Positions 56,596 through 64,000 of a stretch of DNA of 64,000 nucleotides are shown piece after piece (the stretch's first letter is position 1; each line of letters begins with the position of its first letter). The notes under the pieces are model-generated. The model was given only the letters and a program-made list of their open reading frames with translations, was not told the origin of the DNA and ran no database searches. Source of the DNA: Oscillospiraceae bacterium (lineage in GTDB: Bacteria > Bacillota > Clostridia > Oscillospirales > Oscillospiraceae); the NCBI GenBank assembly GCA_015067565.1, contig SVMF01000012.1, positions 3,059-67,058 of the forward strand. The letters run 5' to 3'. Made by a program: the position numbers and the translations under genes.

Positions 56596-59500
56596 ACAGC
56601 ACCGCAGATACATTTGCCGTTTGTGTAGGTATGATTCTCGATCTCGCTGAAATCGCAGTTCTCGCAGGAAACGGTGTGGTTTGCACCGTTGTTGCTATAA
56701 GTACAATTCGTGTGCTCACAGACTGTCTCATTTTCAAGAACGGTTGCGTAGTAAACCGTTGCGCTGCTGTGTGCATAGAGGTATACGGGAGTCTGTTCGC
56801 TGGTATAGGTACGGAACTGATAGCTTCCGGAGTTAAAATAGATCGCCCTGGTACTGTAGCCGACATTCTTAATGACCGCCTGGCCGTTGGAATTGATCGA
56901 CAGAGTCCACAGCGCATTGTCGTTGGATGTGGATGTAGCTGTGTTGAAGCTGCTGTTAGAGCTGCCGGTCATCAGGTACTGGGCGGGCTCCGTGCTCTTC
57001 AGACGAAGTGCATAGTAGTTTCCCACCGCTTCAACGACGATCACATAGTCCTCAGAAACGTCACTCATCGTGGTTCCGTTGAGACTGATACCGCTATTGC
57101 CTAGCTTTATTGCAGCCGAGGTCGTACCGGGCGACGTGCCGTCTGCCAAGAAAACATAAGTAGCATCCTTATTGGCCAGCACATACTCACCTTCCCAGTC
57201 GGACGGAGTCTTCGTAACAAGCTCGAAGCCACTGCTACCTTCGCTGCCGTCGTCACTGACTGCGTAGGTGTACAGAGCGTAAAGCGTCTTTGCGCCTTTG
57301 ACGGTGTAGCTGCTGCCTGCCGTATACACAGTCGGTTTCGTAGTAGTTGCTGTTGTCTGGGCCTCTACCCAGCCGACAAACTGATAGGCATAGGCATTGG
57401 CCGTCGGTTTGCCGCTCGGAGTGGGCAGGGTGATCTCGTCATTGACATAGGCACTCTGGCTCGTGGGCTTCGTCACGCCGTTCGGGACGCTGAAGCCAAT
57501 AGTCACAGGGTAGCCAAGGGCCGGGGTATAGTTGTCCGTATAGCTGTAGGAGCAAACCGTGCAGGTATGCGTGGTATAGCCCTGTGTTGTAGCCGTAGGG
57601 GCGGTCACTACAGACTTATACTCGCAATTATTCGTCACTTTATCGCCACAGGCACAGCTTTGGCTGTGGGTGCCGTTGTTATTCTTGACCCACGTACCGT
57701 AGCTGTGGCCGGTTGCAGGAACGATGTTCTCCTGCTTGGTCATGCCGCAGATGGTGCAGGTATAAGGTGTGTAGCCATCGGTCGTGCAGGTTGCACTGAC
57801 CTTGGTGTCTTCCTTCCAGTTGTGGTTGCAGGAGCTGATGTTGGTGATGTAATAGGTCGTTCCAATCGCACCTGCATACAGAAGAGCTGCCTTCTGACCC
57901 GAGGTGTAGGTAGTAAAGCGAGGAGAGCTGGAGTTATACTGCAGCTTGCCCGTGCTGTAATGGCTGATACCGGTCGTACTCGGAGTCCACAGATAGTTCG
58001 TATCGCTTTCGCTGACGCTCGTCTTGGAGCTATCAAGACCGATGTTCTTTGTGGAAGTAGACTTTAGGTATGCGCCATTTGCGTCCTGGATCGAATAATG
58101 CGAACCAACCTTCGTCAATGTCCAAATATGGCCTGCTGTGGTTGTCTCGATCGTATCGTTTGTGATTGTAACGCTTTCCTGCACAAGGAAGGTTCCGGTG
58201 CCGAGAGTATTGGTCATCAGTACATTTGAAGCATTCGAAGCAATGACATAAGTGCCCGACCAGTCAGAAGGGGTCTGTGTGACAAGGGTATAACGGCCAG
58301 AAACCGCATTTCCCGTAGACTCCACATAGGAGTATACAGCATACAATGTAGTATTGGACGTCAGTGCATACTCCGAACCTGCCGCATATACTGTCGGGCA
58401 GGTCGTCGAGGCTGCACTCATCGCCTTTTCCGCCCAACCGACAAAACGATAGTCCTTTGTTCCTTGAGGAGTTCCGCTCGGCGTTGGTAGGTAAATGCTC
58501 TCTCCTGCGTAGCCGGTCATTGCATTCTGCGTGACACCCGCAGGTACGCTGAATGCAACACTGACAGAGGTCTTTGCAGCAAAGTTGATGCGAACGGTGC
58601 AGTTGCTTGTTGCATTGACGGTGAACACATTGCCGTTCTGCGTCACGGTTGCGCTACCGGAGGTAACGGTATAGTCCTTTGCATAGTAACCGGTCTTCGG
58701 ATAAGCAGTGATACGTTTGCCGGAGAGGCTGACTGTACCGTAGGTTGTATTATTGGAAACAGCATTGATCGTATAGGCGCTGGTCATGCCGCCGGACGGG
58801 GTCGGCATATCCGAAGGTACGGGCTGATCGAACAGCAGCCAAGCGAATTCAGGATAGTCAATGAAGACATTGCGGTTACCCTGGACATTCTCGCACTGGT
58901 CGTTTCTGCACATTTCCCACTCATCGACGGGATCTTCCTCACACCACTGCAAAAGGGTGTCGAGACTCTCAATGACCTTATCACCATTGTTTCCTCCGTC
59001 ATCACCGGAGACCTGCTTAGGATTTGGATCCTTTTCAAAGAGGTTCGGCTCCTGCCAACGGCAATAAACATAGAGTAAAATACGGGCAACGTCGCCCTTG
59101 ATATTATCATTGATCTCAACCAGGCCAACACAGTCATTTTCTCTATAAGTTGCATCATAATAGAGTACATCTACTCCGTTGTATTGCTTCGTCGTGTAGC
59201 CGGAGACCACACCGCGAACATTACCCATCGTATGATTGCCACGCTTGCTGTTAACGTCGGTATTCGTAGGACGCAGGTGGTGCAAGTCGCTGCCTGCATT
59301 GCTCTCAAAGAACGAGCCACGGCTCTTCGGCCACACATGCTCGCGGTTATAGCTCGAGGAGACCACATCACTGTAGAACAAAACCGCATCAGAGGAACCA
59401 TTATTTGCATCCGTCTTGGGCCAGTAGTCTAAGAGGCTACTGTAAGAGACACTCTTCGTCATCGTCGAGCTCATCAGGTTCGACAGCTTTTGGAACATCT

Positions 59501-59744
59501 GACTGTCTACGGTATCCAGACAGCTTTCCGAACCCGGAGCATAAGACGACAATACCTCAAATGTATTGTTGCCAGTATAATACTCCTCAGCCTGGGCGCT
59601 CAGCTCAGTGCAAATCTCGTGTCGAACACCGGTGTTCTTAACCAGCGTGCCAGTGGCTGCTGAAACATTCACTGACGGCAGCGCAGAAATAAGCATCACC
59701 AGAATCAGCACGATTGCAGTCATCCGCTTTGCATAAATCTTCAT
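55638..59744 (-). CDS. Protein G: secreted endonuclease I modular surface protein, paralogue of A
   Basis: Signal peptide; NREHVWPKS..DLHHLRPT...VNSKRGN, KGDVARILLY, QGNRNVFIDYPE. One 69-aa repeat, two InlB-B-like domains, Cys/His repeats, cap and tail. Confidence 0.88.
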   Translation of the reverse strand: MKIYAKRMTAIVLILVMLISALPSVNVSAATGTLVKNTGVRHEICTELSAQAEEYYTGNNTFEVLSSYAPGSESCLDTVDSQMFQKLSNLMSSTMTKSVSYSSLLDYWPKTDANNGSSDAVLFYSDVVSSSYNREHVWPKSRGSFFESNAGSDLHHLRPTNTDVNSKRGNHTMGNVRGVVSGYTTKQYNGVDVLYYDATYRENDCVGLVEINDNIKGDVARILLYVYCRWQEPNLFEKDPNPKQVSGDDGGNNGDKVIESLDTLLQWCEEDPVDEWEMCRNDQCENVQGNRNVFIDYPEFAWLLFDQPVPSDMPTPSGGMTSAYTINAVSNNTTYGTVSLSGKRITAYPKTGYYAKDYTVTSGSATVTQNGNVFTVNATSNCTVRINFAAKTSVSVAFSVPAGVTQNAMTGYAGESIYLPTPSGTPQGTKDYRFVGWAEKAMSAASTTCPTVYAAGSEYALTSNTTLYAVYSYVESTGNAVSGRYTLVTQTPSDWSGTYVIASNASNVLMTNTLGTGTFLVQESVTITNDTIETTTAGHIWTLTKVGSHYSIQDANGAYLKSTSTKNIGLDSSKTSVSESDTNYLWTPSTTGISHYSTGKLQYNSSSPRFTTYTSGQKAALLYAGAIGTTYYITNISSCNHNWKEDTKVSATCTTDGYTPYTCTICGMTKQENIVPATGHSYGTWVKNNNGTHSQSCACGDKVTNNCEYKSVVTAPTATTQGYTTHTCTVCSYSYTDNYTPALGYPVTIGFSVPNGVTKPTSQSAYVNDEITLPTPSGKPTANAYAYQFVGWVEAQTTATTTKPTVYTAGSSYTVKGAKTLYALYTYAVSDDGSEGSSGFELVTKTPSDWEGEYVLANKDATYVFLADGTSPGTTSAAIKLGNSGISLNGTTMSDVSEDYVIVVEAVGNYYALRLKSTEPAQYLMTGSSNSSFNTATSTSNDNALWTLSINSNGQAVIKNVGYSTRAIYFNSGSYQFRTYTSEQTPVYLYAHSSATVYYATVLENETVCEHTNCTYSNNGANHTVSCENCDFSEIENHTYTNGKCICGAVEVVEPTEEYVEALKPTMSIVVGAEMSVAFTVPNALVSNYESFYLVVEKDMVGAESKTVTFGYGEGQTALTPMPNAANPFLHNASFAGLTAKEMGDQIRATLYCVDADGKIFYGPTQTDSVKDYLMRGLDLATSTDAKKTMYVDMLRYGAVAQTYFQYDTENLVDADLTEAHMAYATMETPEAVDNSKAEGGLGTLNTSVVLKARVTLTLSHLKPGANLANMKFIVKDALDGTVIKELPAYNLNPVMIAADFDDVGAKQMRRLITVTLYDGDTAITDTVTWSVESYVAKTRATSTDAGQIDLVNAMLTYGDAVAAYMAT

Positions 59745-59946
59745 TTCTTCATCTCCATTTCATAATGTTGCCATTATTATGCTTTTTAATCTTATCACAA
59801 AAAACTTAATAAATCAAATAGAGAAATTTTTTTGGCAAATCGCACAATTTCGCAAAGGAATAATGTACACTTTGCTTCCAAAAAATCGGTGTGAAATTAT
59901 TGTGTTTTTTCGGTTTCTAAGTTATAATATTTTCGGAGGTGGAACT

Positions 59947-60624
59947 ATGTTTGAAATAAGGGAATTGACATTGCTCTCCGTTATCTTGAGAGTCGTAACG
60001 GCCATTATCCTGGGTGGTGCCATCGGCTTGGAGCGTGGTATGAAGAACCGTCCCGCTGGCTTACGTACATATATGCTCGTGTGCATCGGTTCTTGTATTG
60101 TCATGATCACCAACCAGTATATTTTCCAGATCTATCAAAGCGGCGATCCGACCCGTATGGCCGCCCAGGTCGTAAGCGGCATAGGCTTTTTGGGAGCAGG
60201 TACCATTATCGTCACTTCGCATAATCAGATCAGAGGTCTGACAACGGCCGCAGGCCTTTGGGCCTCTGCGTGCGTCGGCATCGCAATCGGCATCGGTTTC
60301 TACGAGGTCGCCCTGATCGGTGGTGCTGCGATCATCGTCGTGCTGACGCTCCTGCACATCTGGGATAAGCATATGCGCAACAAAAGCCGCTCCATTGATA
60401 TTTACATCGAGCTGGAGAAAGGGATCTCCCTGGGAGAATTTCTCCGCAATGCACGTGAAGCTGAGATCACATTTTCTTCGGTGCAGCTGGAGCATGAGAG
60501 CGTTGGCCGAAACGGGAGTCTTTCCTTCTTCGCAACGGTTAAGTCGAAAAAACGCGGAAATCATCTGGAATTGATGAAAAAAATCCGCGAGCTCAACGGT
60601 GTACTCTTTTCAGAGTCCCTATGA
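59947..60624 (+). CDS. MgtC/SapB-family membrane protein
   Basis: GLERG.KNRPAGLRTYMLVCIGS, DPTRMAAQVVSGIGFLGAGTI, GLTTAAGLW; GGAGG RBS before ATG 59947. Confidence 0.92.
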   Translation: MFEIRELTLLSVILRVVTAIILGGAIGLERGMKNRPAGLRTYMLVCIGSCIVMITNQYIFQIYQSGDPTRMAAQVVSGIGFLGAGTIIVTSHNQIRGLTTAAGLWASACVGIAIGIGFYEVALIGGAAIIVVLTLLHIWDKHMRNKSRSIDIYIELEKGISLGEFLRNAREAEITFSSVQLEHESVGRNGSLSFFATVKSKKRGNHLELMKKIRELNGVLFSESL

Positions 60625-60660
60625 TTTAATGCCAGTCGCAAACTTGATACTGACCTTTCG

Positions 60661-60700
60661 CATAAGAAAAGAGGCAGGATTTCCTGCCTCTTTTCTTATG
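60661..60700. terminator. Bidirectional terminator
   Basis: Perfect 19-bp arms CATAAGAAAAGAGGCAGGA-TT-TCCTGCCTCTTTTCTTATG between convergent genes. Confidence 0.85.
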
Positions 60701-60708
60701 CAAATTTT

Positions 60709-61188
60709 TTACAGACCAAACATTGGCAGAGCAACCATAAAATCACTCATGATTTCTTCCATGAGTTCGTTCAGGAACATCAGCATCAGGATCCAACCAA
60801 CGATGCCGATAATGCCGCAGACGATACCTGCCGTGCTCATACCGCTTTTATTTCCCTTGCTCTTGGCAACTCCACCGAGAACAATACCCAAAGTACCGGT
60901 AACGATGGGGATGATGAAAATAGAGAGGATGCCGAGAACCATGGATGCAATCGCCATACCATGTGCAGGCTGCTTTAGCGGCTGCTGATAGTAGCCTTGA
61001 TAGTAGCCTTGATTCTGCTGCTGATAGTAACCCTGATAGTAGTCTTGATTCGGTTGCTGATAGTAACCCTGGTCGGGCTGCTGATAACCGCTCGGTTCAT
61101 ACTGTTGATAGTTGCTCTGTTCCTGCTGATTCTGCTTCGGCTGATAGCCGTACTGCTGATAATTGGGGTTCTGATTGTTGTCCATCAC
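60709..61188 (-). CDS. DUF4190-like membrane protein with Gln/Tyr-rich N-terminus
   Basis: QGYYQQ repeats, then GMAIASMVLGILS...LGIVLG...GMSTAGIVCGIIG. Confidence 0.75.
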   Translation of the reverse strand: MMDNNQNPNYQQYGYQPKQNQQEQSNYQQYEPSGYQQPDQGYYQQPNQDYYQGYYQQQNQGYYQGYYQQPLKQPAHGMAIASMVLGILSIFIIPIVTGTLGIVLGGVAKSKGNKSGMSTAGIVCGIIGIVGWILMLMFLNELMEEIMSDFMVALPMFGL

Positions 61189-61218
61189 GCAACCTCCCTA
61201 TACAGACTTAAGAGTGAA

Positions 61219-63189
61219 TTACTCTGCAATCTCCTCAGTAGCTTCTTCAGCGACCTCTTCCTCCGTAGCCGGCTCAAGCAGAGCGCGGATGGACAGGGAG
61301 ATGCGCTTACGCTGTGCATCAACGTCGATGATCTTAGCTTCAACTTCCTGGCCCTCGGCAACAGCGTCGGCAACCTTGTCGACACGGCGATCAGCCAGCT
61401 GAGAAATATGGATCAGGCCATCAACGCCGGGCAGAATCTCTGCGAATGCACCGAAGTCAACAATCTTCACGATCTTGACCAGAGCAGTGTCGCCGACATT
61501 GTACTTGGAAGTGAACTGGAACCAGGGGTTCATCTCAGGAGTCTTGTAGCCGAGGGAGATCTTTCTCTTCTCAGCGTCGAACTTAATAACGAAGACTTCG
61601 ATGCTGTCGCCAACCTTGACAACTTCTTCAGGAGTCTTGATGTGGCCCCAAGACAACTCAGAAATGTGAACCATGCCGTCCACGCCGCCGACATCGACGA
61701 ATGCGCCGTAGCTGGTCATGGACTTGACAGTACCTGTGTACTTCTTTCCAACCTCGATCTCGCTCCAGAACTTAGCTGCAGCAGCCTTGCGAGCCTCACG
61801 GGTCACATCGCTGATGGAGCCAACAACTCTGCCACGATGGCCACGGCTAAACTCGGTAATTCTGAGCTTAACAAGCTGACCCTTCAGCGCAGACAGATCG
61901 CCACCCTTTGCAATGCCGGTCTGAGAAGCGGGAATGAACACACGAACGCCTTTGCAGTTTGCAACGACACCGCCCTTGTTCTCATCAACAATGATGCCCT
62001 CGACAGGAGTCTTGTTCTCACAAGCTGCTTCCAAGTCGTCCCATACCTTGATGCCTTCGAGCTTCTTGCGGCTGAGCTGGACAGTGCCCTCCTGATCGTT
62101 GACGCGAACAACGAATACTTCGATCTCGTCGCCAACCTTCAGGATGTCCTCGGGCTTAACAGTGGGGTCTGCGCTGACTTCGTCATACGGGATGTAACCG
62201 GCATGCTTGGTGCCGAGGTCTACCTGAATCTCGGTGGATCCGATTGCGGTTACGGTGCCAAGAACCTTATCTCCTGTATTTAAAGTCTTGATGGAGTTTT
62301 CGAGCATCGCCTCAAAGCTCTCCTCTACTACATCAACATTTTTAATTTCGCTCATAGTCTTATTGACCTCCTTTATTATCCACGCAGGTGTCGATGCACC
62401 TGCTGTGATGCCTATATTATGGTAGGACCGATATGTTTGCGGATCGATATCCTCCGCACTATCGACGAGTACAACATTCTGACAATGCTGCTTGCAGATA
62501 TGAACCAGACGCCCCGTGTTCGAGCTCTTCACATCCCCAACGACGATCATTGCATCACATCTGGAAGCGATCTGTGCCGCTTCTTCCTGTCGATTTTCGG
62601 TCGCTTTGCATATTGTATCAAATATTTCTCCATTTGTACATACTTTTTTTTCAATTTTCTTGCAAGAATCCCATAATTTTTGCGTACTGGTCGTCTGGGA
62701 GACCATCGTAACCGGCAAATTGCGATTATTTTCATCTTCACAGAGCCATTGCTCGAGTTTTTTCTCATCCGGGAATACCTTAGGGTTCTCGCACCAGCCG
62801 GCGATCGCTACGATCTCGGGATGAGAGGGTGTGCCAATGATAATGGGAGTTCTCCCCTGCGCGTCGGCCGCAGCTACCAGCTTGTGGATCCGCTTGACAG
62901 ACGGGCAGGTCGCATCAATGACCTCGACATTTTTCGAAAGCAAAGCCTCGTAGACCGCACGGGTTACACCATGGGAACGAATGATGACTGTATATCCGTC
63001 GGGAATCTCATCGATCGATTCCACCGTCCTGACACCAAGCTTCTCAAAACGCTCAACCAGATGGCGGTTATGCGCGATAGGGCCGAGGGTCACGGTCTTT
63101 TTCCCTGCAGCAATGGCCTGCTCGACCAGGTCAACCGCACGGTTCACCCCGTAGCAAAATCCGGCCGTTTTCGCCAATTCAACCTTCAT
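61219..63189 (-). CDS. ispH: Fused 4-hydroxy-3-methylbut-2-enyl diphosphate reductase / ribosomal protein S1 (IspH-RpsA)
   Basis: AGFCYGVNRA, DATCPSV, TICKAT..RQ, SSNT, GITAGASTP; then four S1 domains (YGAFVDVGGVDGMVHISE, FGAFAEILPGVDGLIHISQ). Confidence 0.95.
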   Translation of the reverse strand: MKVELAKTAGFCYGVNRAVDLVEQAIAAGKKTVTLGPIAHNRHLVERFEKLGVRTVESIDEIPDGYTVIIRSHGVTRAVYEALLSKNVEVIDATCPSVKRIHKLVAAADAQGRTPIIIGTPSHPEIVAIAGWCENPKVFPDEKKLEQWLCEDENNRNLPVTMVSQTTSTQKLWDSCKKIEKKVCTNGEIFDTICKATENRQEEAAQIASRCDAMIVVGDVKSSNTGRLVHICKQHCQNVVLVDSAEDIDPQTYRSYHNIGITAGASTPAWIIKEVNKTMSEIKNVDVVEESFEAMLENSIKTLNTGDKVLGTVTAIGSTEIQVDLGTKHAGYIPYDEVSADPTVKPEDILKVGDEIEVFVVRVNDQEGTVQLSRKKLEGIKVWDDLEAACENKTPVEGIIVDENKGGVVANCKGVRVFIPASQTGIAKGGDLSALKGQLVKLRITEFSRGHRGRVVGSISDVTREARKAAAAKFWSEIEVGKKYTGTVKSMTSYGAFVDVGGVDGMVHISELSWGHIKTPEEVVKVGDSIEVFVIKFDAEKRKISLGYKTPEMNPWFQFTSKYNVGDTALVKIVKIVDFGAFAEILPGVDGLIHISQLADRRVDKVADAVAEGQEVEAKIIDVDAQRKRISLSIRALLEPATEEEVAEEATEEIAE

Positions 63190-63788
63190 TTCACTTCTCC
63201 CAACACATAAACTCTCCGCATCATCTCTTCAGTCAGGGCAGTGAGCTCCTCCCCCGTCGGCTTCGCACCGGCATAGGTCGGTGTGTACGGCTTGCCGATA
63301 ACGACTTTTAAAGGTCGCCAAAAACGCTTGTTTTCCGTCAGGTACACAGGGAGCACATCGACCTTGGCTCTGCAGGCCAGCATCATAGCACCATTGTGTG
63401 CCTGCGCTGTCTTGCCATGACGGAGGCGTGTACCCTCCGGGAAGATCAGAAGTTTATTATCACGCAGACACTGCAGGGAGGTTTTGATCGCCTGGATATC
63501 ATTCCCTTCACGATCCACCGGGAAGGCACCGATCTTGTAGCAAAAAGCACCCAAAAACTTTGTATTCATAACTTCCTTCTTAGCCATCGTCAAGGGCATC
63601 TTTTTTGTGCGCATGGCAATCTGTACCCACACAGGATCCGTGAAGGCACTATGGTTACATGCGACCACGACGGGGCCCTCCGGCACATTCTCTCTGCCGC
63701 GGTAGTGAGTGATGGGGTGTGCAAAGCGCAGTAGCACATGCGCGATGGAGCGCAGGAAGCAGTAGGTTCTGTCAGAAAATCGTTTCAT
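63186..63788 (-). CDS. plsC: 1-acyl-sn-glycerol-3-phosphate acyltransferase
   Basis: CNHSAFTD, GAFPVDR, IFPEGTR. Confidence 0.92.
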   Translation of the reverse strand: MKRFSDRTYCFLRSIAHVLLRFAHPITHYRGRENVPEGPVVVACNHSAFTDPVWVQIAMRTKKMPLTMAKKEVMNTKFLGAFCYKIGAFPVDREGNDIQAIKTSLQCLRDNKLLIFPEGTRLRHGKTAQAHNGAMMLACRAKVDVLPVYLTENKRFWRPLKVVIGKPYTPTYAGAKPTGEELTALTEEMMRRVYVLGEVK

Positions 63789-64000
63789 AGTGCAAGCTTC
63801 TCTCGTACGATGTTGATCACAGCCTCAATGCTCTGCTGCAGATCCAGCTCAGAGGTGTCAAGCATTACAGAATCCTCCGCAGGGCGCAGCGGGGCGACCT
63901 CACGGTTCATATCTCTGTTGTCACGCTCGATGACCTGCTGCAAAACAGTTTCATAAGGAACCTCTGGCATCTCGAGCCAGCGACGCTTGGCACGGATCTC
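63785..64000 (-). CDS. cmk: Cytidylate kinase, 3' end only
   Basis: IERDNRDMNREVAPLRPAEDSVMLDTS; canonical cmk-plsC-ispH order. Confidence 0.88.
   Translation of the reverse strand, partial: EIRAKRRWLEMPEVPYETVLQQVIERDNRDMNREVAPLRPAEDSVMLDTSELDLQQSIEAVINIVREKLAL

Noticed and set aside
60985-61180. Tandem CAGGGTTACTATCAG-like repeats
   Set aside because: Ordinary Gln/Tyr-rich low-complexity N-terminus of a DUF4190-like protein; the frame is intact.
1-64000. tRNA, rRNA, prophage, integrase/ICE or intact transposase genes
   Set aside because: None recognised by eye; a tRNAscan-SE or Infernal run would be needed to exclude small RNAs formally.

Overview
Chromosomal window from a spore-forming Clostridia-class bacterium (Oscillospiraceae-like by gene content and style; inference). 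Housekeeping genes occupy the flanks and the centre. Left flank: a P-type ATPase truncated at the window edge, rplS, oadB with a small partner, efp, an M24 peptidase, yqeG and xerD. Centre: addAB, spoIIR, ispE and a DUF1015 gene. Right flank: mgtC, an ispH-rpsA fusion, plsC and a truncated cmk. About 38 kb (~60% of the window) encodes seven giant secreted modular proteins, called A-G here. Their N-terminal heads differ: two endonuclease I-type nucleases, a GHL10-like TIM-barrel, a ComEC-type metallo-beta-lactamase fold, two DUF4886/SGNH-like domains, and one with no recognisable catalytic domain. Most have Cys/His-rich stalk repeats. All seven share a His/Cys cap and a ~300-aa internally duplicated C-terminal module that I cannot assign to a named family, and none has an LPXTG, SLH, dockerin or C-terminal TM anchor. 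This is the best candidate for an undescribed cell-surface display system. The tails of A, C, F and G are near-identical and mosaic at DNA level. A ~1.4-kb inverted repeat (tail + structured spacer + tail end) brackets a ~40-kb segment. Smaller items include a MITE-like insertion that duplicated a bidirectional terminator, a REP-like GTAG hairpin, an ACG-start DUF378 gene behind a sigma-G-like promoter, and an internal RBS in ispH-rpsA. All family assignments come from motif recognition, not database searches.
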